This document shows positions 1 through 10,223 of a DNA stretch of 64,000 nucleotides, in pieces (the stretch's first letter is position 1; every line of letters starts with the position of its first letter). The translations under genes and the position numbers were made by a program. Under the pieces are notes generated by a model that ran no database searches, had not been told where the DNA came from, and saw only the letters and a list, made by a program, of their open reading frames with translations. The DNA is from an uncultured Planctomycetaceae bacterium (lineage in GTDB: Bacteria > Planctomycetota > Planctomycetia > Isosphaerales > Isosphaeraceae): NCBI GenBank assembly GCA_963833985.1, contig CAWIAD010000002.1, positions 3,680,001-3,744,000 on the forward strand. Direction: 5' to 3'.

Positions 1-196
1 GAGCGGCGGGCATTTGATTGGGTAGGCTCTCGCTATAACTCGGGCAAGGTCGCCGACCTATTGCTCAATTGCCTGCCGGAAGATCGTGTGTGGGGCGAAG
101 ACGCTGATGCTACGTCGCCCAGCGGGTCCACCTGGTCTGTGAGTTGGAGCCTGCCAAGAAGGGGCGCAGACTGCCCCGTGTGGCTAACCGTGCTTC

Positions 197-706
197 CTAC
201 TGATGCTCCGCTTTCGCCGTCCGATTCAAGTAAGGTCGCATCTCCGCTTCTAGTTGCTTCCCGAACTGCATCAGCCGTTCGGCATACGAATGTAAGCTCT
301 TGTCGTCTTCGGCGTGAGGTACCCACTGGGGCACTTCCAGAGATAACCCTTTCTCATCCAACGCCACGAACACTATCACACAGTGAGTCGTCGGGATGAA
401 TTGCCGATCTTTCGGATCGCCGCTCCGCACATTCACCGCAATATGCATGCTCGATCGCCCCGTATAGATCAGTTGAGCATGTACCTCCACAATACTCCCA
501 ATATGTATGGGTTTATAGAAGCGAATGCCGCCGACATACACAGTGGCACACGGATACCCGCTCCACCCTGCGGCACAGACATACCCTGCTTCATCCATTT
601 ATTTCATTACCGCCCCACCGTAAACCTTCCCTAAGATGTTTATGTCGGTCGGTGCGGCAAAGAATCGCAAGGTGATTTCTCGAACCCGTTCAGAAGCTTG
701 TGTCAT
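197..706 (-). pseudogene. Acyl-CoA thioesterase (hotdog fold, YciA-like) with in-frame TAA at 599-601
   Basis: Reading from the ATG at 706 gives MTQASERVREITLRFFAAPTDINILGKVYGGAVMK*MDEAGYVCAAGWSG...IRFYKPIHIG..VEVHAQLIYTGRSSMHIAVNV. This is the typical motif, with the stop where Trp is expected (MKWMDE). Confidence 0.85.
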
Positions 707-875
707 GGAACTTACCTTATGCTCATGTCCGAAGCCTACTGGCTGAGCAAAACGACGTGCGGCAATGTCAGAAGGCGTCCGACGATGGAGATTGTGTCCC
801 GCAGATCCCCACAGCGAATCACCTCAAAGGTTGATCTATGACATTTCCGCTGATCGATGGCACTCCCGTCGATAA

Positions 876-1079
876 CTACCCTTCGGTCGATGGCGTAACA
901 ACGGATTCTCTCTGCTCCACTCGACGGATCGCCTCGTAGACCTCTCGCCTGTGGACCGTCACTCCCTTTGGGTGCTCAACCCCAAGCCGCACCTTGTCAC
1001 CCCTGATCTCGATCACCGTGAGGATGATGTCGTCGCTGATGACGACGCTCTCGCCTATCTTCCGGGGGAGCACGATCAC
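876..1079 (-). CDS. csrA: Carbon storage regulator CsrA/RsmA family RNA-binding protein
   Basis: GTG start at 1079 preceded by an AAGGAGGT RBS; MIVLPRKIGESVVISDDIILTVIEIRGDKVRLGVEHPKGVTVHRREVYEAI matches the CsrA signature. Confidence 0.93.
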   Translation of the reverse strand: MIVLPRKIGESVVISDDIILTVIEIRGDKVRLGVEHPKGVTVHRREVYEAIRRVEQRESVVTPSTEG

Positions 1080-1322
1080 GGCTGAACCTCCTTGATGGGT
1101 CTCTTGGATGGGAGAGTCCCGATCCCTCAGCAACCAGCCGGAAATAGAGTTGATACGCCGCGAATCTGACCATTCCTCGACCTTGCTGTCAATGCTATCC
1201 ACGTGCCCAGAGCGCCACCATATCCGATCCCTTTTTCTTATGTCCCTACGTTAGCATCTCCTGACACCGCCGAACTGGTCGTAAAAATAACCCATCCGGC
1301 AATAAGATCAGGAGATCCAGCG

Positions 1323-1781
1323 ATGACCACGACCCAAGAAGCACAAGCGCGATTCGTTGAGGTGGCGTATCCGAGGGCGTTGAAAGCAGTCCATCAGGCA
1401 TTCAAGTATTGGCACATTAAGAAGCGGCAGGATGCTGTCCAGGAATGCCTTGCGAAAATGTGGGATCAGTGGATTAGGTTGGTGAACAAAGGACGAAACC
1501 CGGAGCCAATGCTCGGACGCCTAATTTACTGGTCAATCCTCTGGGTTCGATACGATCGACGCATCGCAGGCAGAGCCCGCAACATCGACGTGACCGATTT
1601 CAGATCAGGCATGAAGCAGCAACAAATCAGCAGCAGGGGCGAGGTCAGCCCCACTGATAGAAGCGATCAGATGAACGGCTGGATCAATTGGACCGTGAGC
1701 GCGAGAGCGGACGATCCGGCTCTTCTCGCCTCTTCATTGGAGGAAGTGGGGCTCACCCTGGAACAGTGGGTGCGTGTGTAG
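1323..1781 (+). CDS. Hypothetical protein with sigma-70 region-2-like N-terminus
   Basis: ATG at 1323 after AGGAG; the segment RQDAVQECLAKMW..W..L resembles the ECF sigma region 2 'AEDxVQE' motif; no clear region 4 HTH. Confidence 0.55.
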   Translation: MTTTQEAQARFVEVAYPRALKAVHQAFKYWHIKKRQDAVQECLAKMWDQWIRLVNKGRNPEPMLGRLIYWSILWVRYDRRIAGRARNIDVTDFRSGMKQQQISSRGEVSPTDRSDQMNGWINWTVSARADDPALLASSLEEVGLTLEQWVRV

Positions 1782-1793
1782 GATGATCGTCAC

Positions 1794-1819
1794 GGGGCGG
1801 TGGGATCACCTGCCGCCCC
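1794..1819. terminator. GC-rich hairpin downstream of the sigma-like gene
   Basis: GGGGCGGTGGG-ATCA-CCTGCCGCCCC stem (with G-U pairs) just after the stop at 1781; no U-tract. Confidence 0.5.
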
Positions 1820-2188
1820 TGGCTGACAGGAGTGGAGCGGGAAATCTGGCTGCTGACTGACACCGACGAAATAGACGTGAGAGTTGTGAGGGGACGGTAA
1901 GGATGGGTTGGTTGCAGAGTTGTTAAAGCAACAATTCCAGGGTTTCTAATGAAAACTCGGTTCCATAGGCGGCGTGGGTGGAACAATACCGAGGGTGGTT
2001 TCATTTATTGTTACTTCGGAATCGGAGGATTCCCCCAGGGAGGCTGAAAAGATCGCCAGAAAGTCGAGGTCTGAAAATCGCCGTTGGGAAATCGGGGGCT
2101 GGCAGGGTTCGACTAAAGACCTCCCCACCCCTAGTCGGATCAATGTAGATCTCGATCCTCTCGTCGGGGATGGCAACTCTCTCTGTCT

Positions 2189-3295
2189 TTACTTCCCTCG
2201 TTTCCCAACTCGTCTTTCTAACTTTCGTGCGTTGGCGTTATCTGAGAGATGCCTGATGACAAGGTGATTGCAGGCGAGGTACGGCGGTGGCTGCCCAGAC
2301 CGTGGGCTATATGCCAAGAAAACCGTAGGCTCAATACGGTCTTTGGTAACCCGATCAATTAGTAGCGATGGGTGAGTGAAGACTTCCTTATCGGCGTAAG
2401 GGAGCACATGACCCTTTATAATTCTGACAGGTTTCCGCCAATGCACCCCGTCTTCCGACGTACTGAGAACCACACCACTATCCCGATGGTTATGGATGCA
2501 GTCCTCGTATCCGAAGACCATCACGTATCTCTGCCATTGGCTGGCGAACTGAACGCTCGGTACAACGCACCAATCGGGATGCTCATCAAAAATAGGCGTG
2601 GAATGACCAGGGACACCAGGCTCGGTAAAGTTGCCATTGAAGTACTTATGCCATGCCTGCGGGTTATCAGCGTCATCGAGGGGCGCTTCCGCTAGATCGA
2701 TCGTGGAATACATATCGGGCGTATCATGCCAGTGTCCGAAGTAACAACGGGCAAACTTCCGGTCACCAGTGATGACGATTGTGGGCTCACCCGTTCCCTG
2801 ACATCGCCCATTATCGCCGACTGGTTTGTCGTCGGCTCGGTGTTTGGGAGTGTCGTCGGTGATGATAGCGTGACGGGTTCCCCGCTTCAAATCGACCACG
2901 CCCACAGAAGCATAGAAGCCGGGTATCTTCCCGCTCATGATACCCATATCGCGAGCATCCTCGGCGTGGTAGAACCCCAAGAATCGGTTGCGATCCCGGA
3001 TAACGCCAGCGATCCCAGCATACCCATTGTCGAAGCCATCTCCGGGTGCGAGCAATTGCTCTAAGCGGACAGTGGAAGACCATGAGTCCCCGCCATAGAG
3101 ATAGCTTCCGCCCAATGCCAAGATGACGCGGATGGGATTACGCTCTAACACGACGATCGCCTGATCCGGGATGCCTCTTTCTGGCGACATAAGATCAATT
3201 CGTCGCCCAACGGTTACACTCACCTCGGGCGGGGGCATCTTTTCAAAAGGTGCAGCGGTGGCAAGACTCAGTGCCAGGACGATTGTGCAGATCAT
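2189..3295 (-). CDS. Secreted beta-propeller glycoside-hydrolase-like protein (GH32/43/130-like fold)
   Basis: Signal peptide MICTIVLALSLATAA at 3295; motifs GFYHAE, GEPTIV, PSVQF..WQRYVM, LSTSEDGVHW (Asp-box), HPSLL. Confidence 0.55.
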   Translation of the reverse strand: MICTIVLALSLATAAPFEKMPPPEVSVTVGRRIDLMSPERGIPDQAIVVLERNPIRVILALGGSYLYGGDSWSSTVRLEQLLAPGDGFDNGYAGIAGVIRDRNRFLGFYHAEDARDMGIMSGKIPGFYASVGVVDLKRGTRHAIITDDTPKHRADDKPVGDNGRCQGTGEPTIVITGDRKFARCYFGHWHDTPDMYSTIDLAEAPLDDADNPQAWHKYFNGNFTEPGVPGHSTPIFDEHPDWCVVPSVQFASQWQRYVMVFGYEDCIHNHRDSGVVLSTSEDGVHWRKPVRIIKGHVLPYADKEVFTHPSLLIDRVTKDRIEPTVFLAYSPRSGQPPPYLACNHLVIRHLSDNANARKLERRVGKRGK

Positions 3296-3606
3296 GATGC
3301 ATCCGGTTGTAAGAGATTTGAGTTTAGCGTCATCCACAAAGGCGTCGGCACGACACTGATAACCGTCGCAGAGTCGTATGTCGCGCCGGTTTCCCAGTCG
3401 CGGTGCGCCGGGTGACCCCCGAAGTCGTGACCGTAGCAGCCGTTGAGCCAAGCCAGGTTCATCCCGCGTACGGGCTGGTACTTCCCGTCGATCTTGAGGA
3501 GACGGGTCACCGGAGAGGGTCGAGCCTGGACCCTGTTGCTGCTCTGCACATAGAGGGGATTGGTACCTATGAGCAATAGGACTAACAACATGAACTTTCT
3601 CATCAT
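3292..3606 (-). pseudogene. Truncated paralog of the N-terminus of the clan GH-A hydrolase at 8739-9842
   Basis: LLKIDGKYQPVRGMNLAWLNGCYGHDFG..HRDW versus LLKLDGRPQPIRGINLAWLNGSYGHDFG..HPDW, after which similarity is lost. Confidence 0.8.
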
Positions 3607-3732
3607 CATTCTCCTTCGATGCTCAACATGGTCGGCCCACCTCAATACAATTCCCCGTCGCATGAGTTGTTCTTGATCTAAGTTGCCACAGGCGGCTCTC
3701 GGCGAATAGGTATTCGGGCATGACGGTCTCCG

Positions 3733-5157
3733 TCAATTGGGAACAGGATAGAGCTTGATCGTAATGGGCTGCTCTGAGCCAAATACTTCGGAGCCCCAAT
3801 CAGCGCTAGTGGCTTCGGGGATGTGTCCGCTGTAGGGCTGACGGTTGCCGTCTTGGATCAGCGGCGGTACTAGAGGCACGCCATTCTGCGTTGTCTGCAT
3901 TAGCGCTAAGCCCGTTGCACTGGTGCCGGTACACTTGGAGCTGGTACCATCGAGCACATAGCGGTAGTCGTAGACTACATCACTATTGGTTACCTTACCC
4001 GGCTCATAGGAGTTGGTGTGGGTCTCCCAGCGCTCCAGTAGGCTCAAGTGGAATGATTTCTCGCCATTCCAGTTGATGCGCCATGAGTATTGGTCACGAG
4101 ACTGGTATGAGGGTGAGACCACGATATCCATCTGTAGGCGCTTATGCACACCGCCATTGGTGAACACGAGCAATTCTTCGTTGTTACGGTAGCGATCGAC
4201 GTGGAAAGCTTGTGATTTGAAGTAGCCGAAGACACCCACGACTTGTTCTCCAGCAAGTGTTACATATAATTCGCAACCATAAGAGACATTGTGTGTGGCG
4301 TCATCTTTCGCGCCTATTTGTACGTAGTAGAGTCGCTGACCAGGCTGGACATGATCCGCTAGCGATTTGCGTAACAGGGCATTGCTGGCGGCTGGACCGG
4401 GATAGGGCTCAGGCGTAAGAACGGGTAGTGCTGGGGTCTGTGTTGGTGATGGTGTTGGTGTTATCGGTCTAGCCAAATCCCGGACCATGAGGCAAGTTTC
4501 AGTACCGATGTTCTCGCCGTCAGTATAGCAGACTTTGATGAGTTGACCAGTCTCGGGGTAGTGCATCATCTCATCATAGTGAACTACGCGAGCATGAGTT
4601 ATTTGTGTCGTAGTGACGACATATCTGCTCTTACCGTGGTGCGCATATTCCGAGAGGGGACTGTAGTAGGTCACTGTGGTTCGTGGTATACCGACCGGAA
4701 TTGTGATGATGTCGCCGATTCTGTATTTGCCGTCGTTTGTTCCGAATTGAGGACGCGGTGACGCCGGAACAGCAAGTGCCGGGTCATGAGCAATTCTCTC
4801 TGGTTCTGATCGATGGGATAAGGCGATTAGTGTGAGCAAACCACAAACACCGGTCCAAACCCACCGCTGACTCTTGGAGCAATGAGGTTTAGTCCAGGCG
4901 AGGAACAATAGGAGCGGAGGAACCATTATGCTTAGCGCCATGACGGCGGGGTGGTGATACCACCGGTTAGTCTCTTGCGGGAGCGGCGGCGGCTGCACTG
5001 GCAGTTCTGGTAGCTCTGGCGGCTTGGAGGACCGGGTGGGCGGCGCATGCAATTGCCAGGTGCAGCCGCCTCGCTTGCACGTGAGCTTGCTGCCGACCGG
5101 AATGTTGAGTTGGGTGGTCCCGGTGTGCTTGCAATTGGGACACGTGATCGGGGTCAT
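3733..5157 (-). CDS. Hypothetical membrane protein (degenerate N-terminal zinc ribbon, two TM segments, large C-terminal domain)
   Basis: Start MTPITCPNCKH after AAGGAG; Pro-rich linker; hydrophobic segments. Confidence 0.7.
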   Translation of the reverse strand: MTPITCPNCKHTGTTQLNIPVGSKLTCKRGGCTWQLHAPPTRSSKPPELPELPVQPPPLPQETNRWYHHPAVMALSIMVPPLLLFLAWTKPHCSKSQRWVWTGVCGLLTLIALSHRSEPERIAHDPALAVPASPRPQFGTNDGKYRIGDIITIPVGIPRTTVTYYSPLSEYAHHGKSRYVVTTTQITHARVVHYDEMMHYPETGQLIKVCYTDGENIGTETCLMVRDLARPITPTPSPTQTPALPVLTPEPYPGPAASNALLRKSLADHVQPGQRLYYVQIGAKDDATHNVSYGCELYVTLAGEQVVGVFGYFKSQAFHVDRYRNNEELLVFTNGGVHKRLQMDIVVSPSYQSRDQYSWRINWNGEKSFHLSLLERWETHTNSYEPGKVTNSDVVYDYRYVLDGTSSKCTGTSATGLALMQTTQNGVPLVPPLIQDGNRQPYSGHIPEATSADWGSEVFGSEQPITIKLYPVPN

Positions 5158-5354
5158 GAGAGTGCTCCTTCGCACTAGTCATTTGTCATGGTTCACGCTG
5201 CTTGGATAACAAGTCAGCCGGATCACGTTGCACGAGATCCTCGGACAGACTCGTACATCAAGTCGGCTTCGATCGGTGGGAATACTTGTCACACTGGGTG
5301 ACAACACCCCGCAGTTCATGAGGCTCTCGGCTCATAAGCCGAGGACAAGAATGC

Positions 5355-8300
5355 CTAATCCATGACCGTAATCACCCTTTCTTCACCGCCTCGAAGTAAG
5401 GTCAGCCGAAGGTCCGGCTTGATGCCCAACTCAATGGCGATTCCCGGCAATTGTGAGGAGTCGTGACAGACGGGAATCCGCTTCTCGTCAATTACGATGA
5501 GCATGTCACCGACCTTCATACCTGCGGCAGCGGCAAGTCCGTCCGGTTCGACCCTATCGACAACGACTTGCCCGCGATCGACCCTCAATCCGAGTCCGAG
5601 GGGACGGTCTCTTCGTGCTTTGAGAACCACGTTGCAGATGGACCCAGAGGGTGGTGGACCACCCTTCTTCGAGGGAAAGAACAAGGCATCCAGGGTCATC
5701 AGTTTTGCCAATTGCTGCTGCGTCTGCGGTAACAGAAGGCGCACCTCGTCAGGTCGGGACAGTTGGATCGTTCTATCGACCATCACGGATTTCTGGTCCC
5801 GTCCATTAGCTACCCCGACATCACTGCCAGCCACTCGCAGCGTGGCACTTTCCCGCAGACCGTCCTGTGACTGTAAGTTCAGTGTGACGACGGATGACCC
5901 CGAGACGAACTGGACACCGAGTTGTGCATCCGCGAACTCCGTGATGTCTAGGCTCAATGTGCAGGGGAAGCGGAAGGCTCTTGGGTAGACAAGCAGACCA
6001 GCGGGCTGCTTCGGGTCGGATGCATGGACGACGAGTGAGGCTCGCTCTTGAATTCCCGACTTTTCTTGGGTCGTTCTTGTGGAAAACCAGTTAGTGACCG
6101 GAGTAAGAGCATCTGCCGATAGCTTCGCCTCATCAGGGATCGACCGACCCAGGATCACCCGGCATTCACCTTCCTTGGATACCGTAATGCGTAGTCTGAC
6201 CGGCTCAGGCTTGGGACTATCCTCACTGATGCGAAGGATCACTCCCATCGGGAGGTCAGGGCGCTGCTCGTGATAGTAGTGGAACTCATTGTCACCTGGA
6301 CGGAGAAACTTGGTCACGTCGAGGTAGCGCTTCAGATCGGCTCTCTTGTAATCGTTGGTTTCCTCATAAGCGGTCCCCTTCGTATAGTCTTGGAAGACAA
6401 ATATATTCGGAGGCTTCCCATTGAGGAATTTGACCACGTTCTTCCCATTGATCTGAAGGTGACCTTCCCAGGCAGCATTGAGTGTCTGATCGCTCAAGTC
6501 GCCTCGATAGAAGGCAATCTCAGCCTTCGTGAATTGCTGCGGCATGGCGACGTTCCAGGTGCGTCCGCTCTTGGTCAACGTAAATGAGCCCAAATCCTTC
6601 ACGGCGGGCGAAGATCCAGTCGGTGTGACTGGATTCGCTTGCCGACTAATCACTCCCCGCATCCTCAATAGCCTAATCACCTTGTCATTCCTCGCCAGGG
6701 CACATAGCCGACCACTAGCCGAAAGCGCCAAAGAAAGGATGGGAGCCGTTTCGTCGCCGTATTCAAACACCTGCTCACCGGTCTTGGCGTCCCACAGACG
6801 GAGGGTCTTGTCCGTGGAACCCGATAGAAGATACCTGCCGTCAGGAGTGTAGGCGACAGATCTAACATTTTTCGTGTGCTTCTTGAACGTGGTCACCTCC
6901 CTGGTGCTCTTCAGGTCGATAACTCTGACGACTTCTCCATCTCCGTATGCGATGTTTGAGCCATCGGGCGAGACAACGATGCTCCAAATGCAGAGCCTAT
7001 TTTGCCCTATTGCCGCTTTTCTTATGTACGGTCGCTGGCTGACATCCCAGACCCAGATCTCAGGAGGGAGTCCGGTCTTTATGGATGGCTTCCCCCTCGG
7101 TTCGGTGTTAAAGATGGCACCCTCGAAGAGCGACTTGCCATCGGGCGAATAAGCTAAAGACCAGATACCGTTGTTCTCGGAAGGAATCGTCGTCTTGATC
7201 GGGATTCTGGGATCGGTCAGATCCCAGAAATAGACCAAGCCATTGTCAATGTCCGCAGTCGCTAATGTCTTGCCATCGGGGCTGAATGCAATCGCAAGCA
7301 CGTCGTCGATGTGCTTTCTCAGGATGTGCAGCAATCTCGGTGGCGTCTTGCTGGCATCCCAGAGGACAATACGACCAGCGTTCCCCGCCGCCGCCAGCCA
7401 TTTCCCGTCCGGTGAGAAAGCGACTTTGTTCAACTCCTTCGGTGGCTCGGTCGATGACGTTGCCAAAGTGATCTGCGTGTTACCCGCTCGGTCTCCGTCG
7501 ATGTTCCAAAGTCGGACAGTCGAATCCGCAGAGGCACTCGCCAGCCATTTCCCGTCTGGACTGAATGCTACACTCATCACAAGTCCATTGTGTCCCTCAA
7601 GCCCTTGTATGCCTTCGATTGAAGGAACGCTGTCAGCAGGCGTCGGCGTCGAAGAGTTCTCCCGTTCAGCCGGGGCAAGAGCGACATGAGAGACTGCGTT
7701 CGTTACAGCAGTTTGAGCCCGCGCTTCTTCCGCAGGAGGAGTGGCAACCGTGGGTGGCGGTTCTGGTTCGGGCTTCGCCACAAGCGGTGCTATTGAGGGC
7801 TGGGATTGTGACGTTGGCTGATTTGCATCCTGGGCGTTGCGGCTCTGGTTGATCAGGAAGTACCCGCCTAGAAGGAGCCCGAGGCAGACAAGCCCCACCG
7901 CGATTGGCAGGATCGGCTGTCCACTTCGTCTCGCATGGATTCTCGGAAGAGGCGCTGGCACCGTCTCAGGTTTATAGCCGCTCGCGACCCCCAAAGCCTC
8001 TGGGGCTTCATCGTCACTAACGACTGGGCGTGACCGGTAGGTCTTGTCTACCGGCTTTCCGTCAGCAAAGATCTCCAGCTCTTCCTTGGCATCGGCTTTC
8101 CCCGCTCGTTTCCAGAAACGCTCATTTCCCAACTCGACTTCAGAAGTGAACGATGCCCGCTTGGCTTGAGAGGAAGGCACGGGGCGCGTGGGATCAATTA
8201 GGAGCATCTCCTGAACGTCCTCACTGGCTCCCTCCTGGTCGCCAATGGCACTACGGCATTCCGCCCGCACCGAGAAGGCGGCGGCATTGCGAGGTTCAAG

Positions 8301-8612
8301 GGTCAGAGCAAATGTCGCATCGGCAATCGCTTGGTCGAAGTGGTTTCGTCGCTTGAGGATCTCGGCGCGAATCACGTAGGGACCGGACTGCTGGGGGTCA
8401 AGGCGAATAGCTACGGCGAGATCGGCAAGCGCACGTTCCAGCTTGTTTAGCTTGCGGAGAGCCTCTGCCCGCACCAGATAGGCGGCGGTTTGCTTACTAT
8501 CCAGGCGGATCGCCTCGGTCGCTCGTTCTACCGCCTGGTGTAATTGTCCTTGTACGAGATGCAGTCTGGCTGTCTGGAGCAGTTTTTGGACCTCGGATAC
8601 TGACGTACCCAT
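5355..8612 (-). CDS. TPR - TM - WD40 propeller - PDZ protein
   Basis: N-terminal TPRs (AYLVRAEA..ERALADLAVAIRLDP), TM helix IAVGLVCLGLLLGGYFLI, WD40 repeats (GHNGLVMSVAFSPDGKWLASASADSTVRLW), C-terminal PDZ (LGLGL..VVDRVEPDGLAAAAGMKVGDMLIVID). Confidence 0.88.
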   Translation of the reverse strand: MGTSVSEVQKLLQTARLHLVQGQLHQAVERATEAIRLDSKQTAAYLVRAEALRKLNKLERALADLAVAIRLDPQQSGPYVIRAEILKRRNHFDQAIADATFALTLEPRNAAAFSVRAECRSAIGDQEGASEDVQEMLLIDPTRPVPSSQAKRASFTSEVELGNERFWKRAGKADAKEELEIFADGKPVDKTYRSRPVVSDDEAPEALGVASGYKPETVPAPLPRIHARRSGQPILPIAVGLVCLGLLLGGYFLINQSRNAQDANQPTSQSQPSIAPLVAKPEPEPPPTVATPPAEEARAQTAVTNAVSHVALAPAERENSSTPTPADSVPSIEGIQGLEGHNGLVMSVAFSPDGKWLASASADSTVRLWNIDGDRAGNTQITLATSSTEPPKELNKVAFSPDGKWLAAAGNAGRIVLWDASKTPPRLLHILRKHIDDVLAIAFSPDGKTLATADIDNGLVYFWDLTDPRIPIKTTIPSENNGIWSLAYSPDGKSLFEGAIFNTEPRGKPSIKTGLPPEIWVWDVSQRPYIRKAAIGQNRLCIWSIVVSPDGSNIAYGDGEVVRVIDLKSTREVTTFKKHTKNVRSVAYTPDGRYLLSGSTDKTLRLWDAKTGEQVFEYGDETAPILSLALSASGRLCALARNDKVIRLLRMRGVISRQANPVTPTGSSPAVKDLGSFTLTKSGRTWNVAMPQQFTKAEIAFYRGDLSDQTLNAAWEGHLQINGKNVVKFLNGKPPNIFVFQDYTKGTAYEETNDYKRADLKRYLDVTKFLRPGDNEFHYYHEQRPDLPMGVILRISEDSPKPEPVRLRITVSKEGECRVILGRSIPDEAKLSADALTPVTNWFSTRTTQEKSGIQERASLVVHASDPKQPAGLLVYPRAFRFPCTLSLDITEFADAQLGVQFVSGSSVVTLNLQSQDGLRESATLRVAGSDVGVANGRDQKSVMVDRTIQLSRPDEVRLLLPQTQQQLAKLMTLDALFFPSKKGGPPPSGSICNVVLKARRDRPLGLGLRVDRGQVVVDRVEPDGLAAAAGMKVGDMLIVIDEKRIPVCHDSSQLPGIAIELGIKPDLRLTLLRGGEERVITVMD

Positions 8613-8623
8613 CGTTGCTCTCA

Positions 8624-8651
8624 CTTTCCTCGAATGATCTCCTGCCTGCCG
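8624..8651 (-). repeat. Conserved 28-bp leader copy 1 upstream of a TPR paralog
   Basis: CTTTCCTCGAATGATCTCCTGCCTGCCG (+ strand); near-identical copies at 10177-10204 and 11619-11646. Confidence 0.9.
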
Positions 8652-8738
8652 TGAGCCGATTTAAGAGGTTGCCATCCGTCACTGATCGAGGCAGTGATCC
8701 GGCTCCTACTTGGTCAATGTACTGCATCAACGGTGGTG

Positions 8739-9842
8739 TCAACGCCGCCTTCTAAGAGTCGTCTTGGGAACGTTCCACTGAAAATCTCTCAATACATAGG
8801 CGGCGGGACGCCACGCCGAACTACCATGAGCCTGAACAATCTGCATCCCGCTAGTATTCTCACACCAAGGAAAATCGTAATACCAGTAGATTGCCCCGAC
8901 GTAACCGCCATCCCTGGCGCACCCAAGAAACCTCTCTACCGTCTGGCGCTGAACGTCGTCATTTGCCGCATCCTTGCCGTCTGCGTTAAACTCTCCTAAC
9001 AAGACGGGCAGCCGAACACCCAACGAGGAAGCAGGCGGCAGCTTGCCATCAGTGTTGTACTCATGAATATCGTTGAAATCCAAACCAAGACCCGAGAAGT
9101 AACCGGACTTGACGTTCATTCCTTTAGGATGCCATCCAGAACTACAAGTGACCAAGCGCCCGGGGTCAATTCGGTGAATCAGTAATGCATTCTCTTTGAT
9201 GAATAACCGCGTGACGTGCCATGAACACCCGTTAGCGGTTTAATTTCCTTCGTTGCCAGCTACTTCTTGTTCGGGCTCGTTCTCAATGTCATAGGCGAAG
9301 ACGGTGGAATTCCCCTTGAACTGATGGACAAAGGGACGCACCACGTTGTTGAGGTAAGCCTTGCGAGCTTTGAGATCGCTGATGACTTGGGGATATCCCA
9401 TGTTTCGACAGATGGCGTTGTAGTTATTGGCAAGGCAAAAATAGACGTGGAGGTGATGCTTGGTAGCCAAGTCTACAACTTTGTGAAAGTTGTTCCTTAT
9501 CTGGTCGCTAACCTTGCTGGCATAGCCATTCTCAAATTCGATGCCCTCCAAGTCCTCGAAGACAAAGATCCTGACGACATTCAGATTCATACGTGCCATG
9601 TCTGCGAAGTAGGCATTCAGATCGGCTTGGTCCTTCTCATTCTCAAACGCAACACCCCAATCGGGATGCTCTTGAGATCGCCCGAAGTCATGTCCGTACG
9701 ACCCGTTCAGCCAGGCTAGGTTGATCCCTCGAATGGGCTGCGGTCTACCGTCCAATTTCAGGAGCTTGGTCTGGGCAAGCAGGGGATTCGCAGAACCCCA
9801 AAGCACGAGAAACGCTGCTAACAGTCGGCTGCACGGTTTCAT
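8739..9842 (-). pseudogene. Secreted clan GH-A glycoside hydrolase (GH5/GH2-like) split by in-frame TAA at 9240-9242
   Basis: ORFs 9240..9842 and 8739..9155 are in the same frame. Signal peptide, LNVVRIFVF, acid/base motif DIENEPE before the stop, nucleophile motif LPVLLGEF after it. Confidence 0.8.
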
Positions 9843-9913
9843 GGTTATCTCCAGTGTCAGCGCATATGCCTCTTGCCGCTAAGCTCGGGGTCGGAAGGCA
9901 CGTCACTTACTCA

Positions 9914-10165
9914 TTAGATCGTCATCCCATCTGGCGAGAGCCAGGGACACAAGTCCCTCTTCGGTGTGTTGATCTCGGTAAGGTTGGCGATCTCGGATGA
10001 CGCAATCGGACTGGCTCGGGGAACTTCACGTGCCATTGAGCCTGCGCTCCTATCAGCCAGATCGTAGACCCTCGCTTTTCCGACCGCCTCCTGGAGTTGT
10101 CCCTGCGCCGGATGCAACCTCGCAGTCTGGAGAAGTCGTTCGACCTCGGTAGCGGACGGACTCAT
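9914..10165 (-). pseudogene. Deleted remnant of a third TPR paralog fused to a PD40/TolB-like repeat fragment
   Basis: MSPSATEVERLLQTARLH..GQLQEAVG matches the paralog N-termini; followed by LTEINT..DLCPWLSPDGMTI and TAA TGA. Confidence 0.75.
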
Positions 10166-10176
10166 CGACGCCCTCT

Positions 10177-10204
10177 CTTTCCTCGAATGATCTCCTAGTT
10201 GCCG
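10177..10204 (-). repeat. Conserved 28-bp leader copy 2
   Basis: CTTTCCTCGAATGATCTCCTAGTTGCCG, 3 mismatches to copy 1. Confidence 0.85.
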
Positions 10205-10223
10205 GCAGGCAACTTGTAATGCC

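Noticed and set aside
1..196. Possible 3' part of a small plus-strand gene (ERRAFDWVGSRYNSGKVADLLLNCLPEDRVWG)
   Set aside because: Cut by the window edge and apparently disrupted; cannot assign boundaries or function.
2095..2125. GGTTCGACT resembling a tRNA T-loop or att remnant
   Set aside because: No cloverleaf and no match to the tRNA-Ala 3' end.
599..9242. Alternative genetic code (TAA reassigned)
   Set aside because: TAA also ends other ORFs here (e.g. 15859, 12728) and only two island genes are affected.
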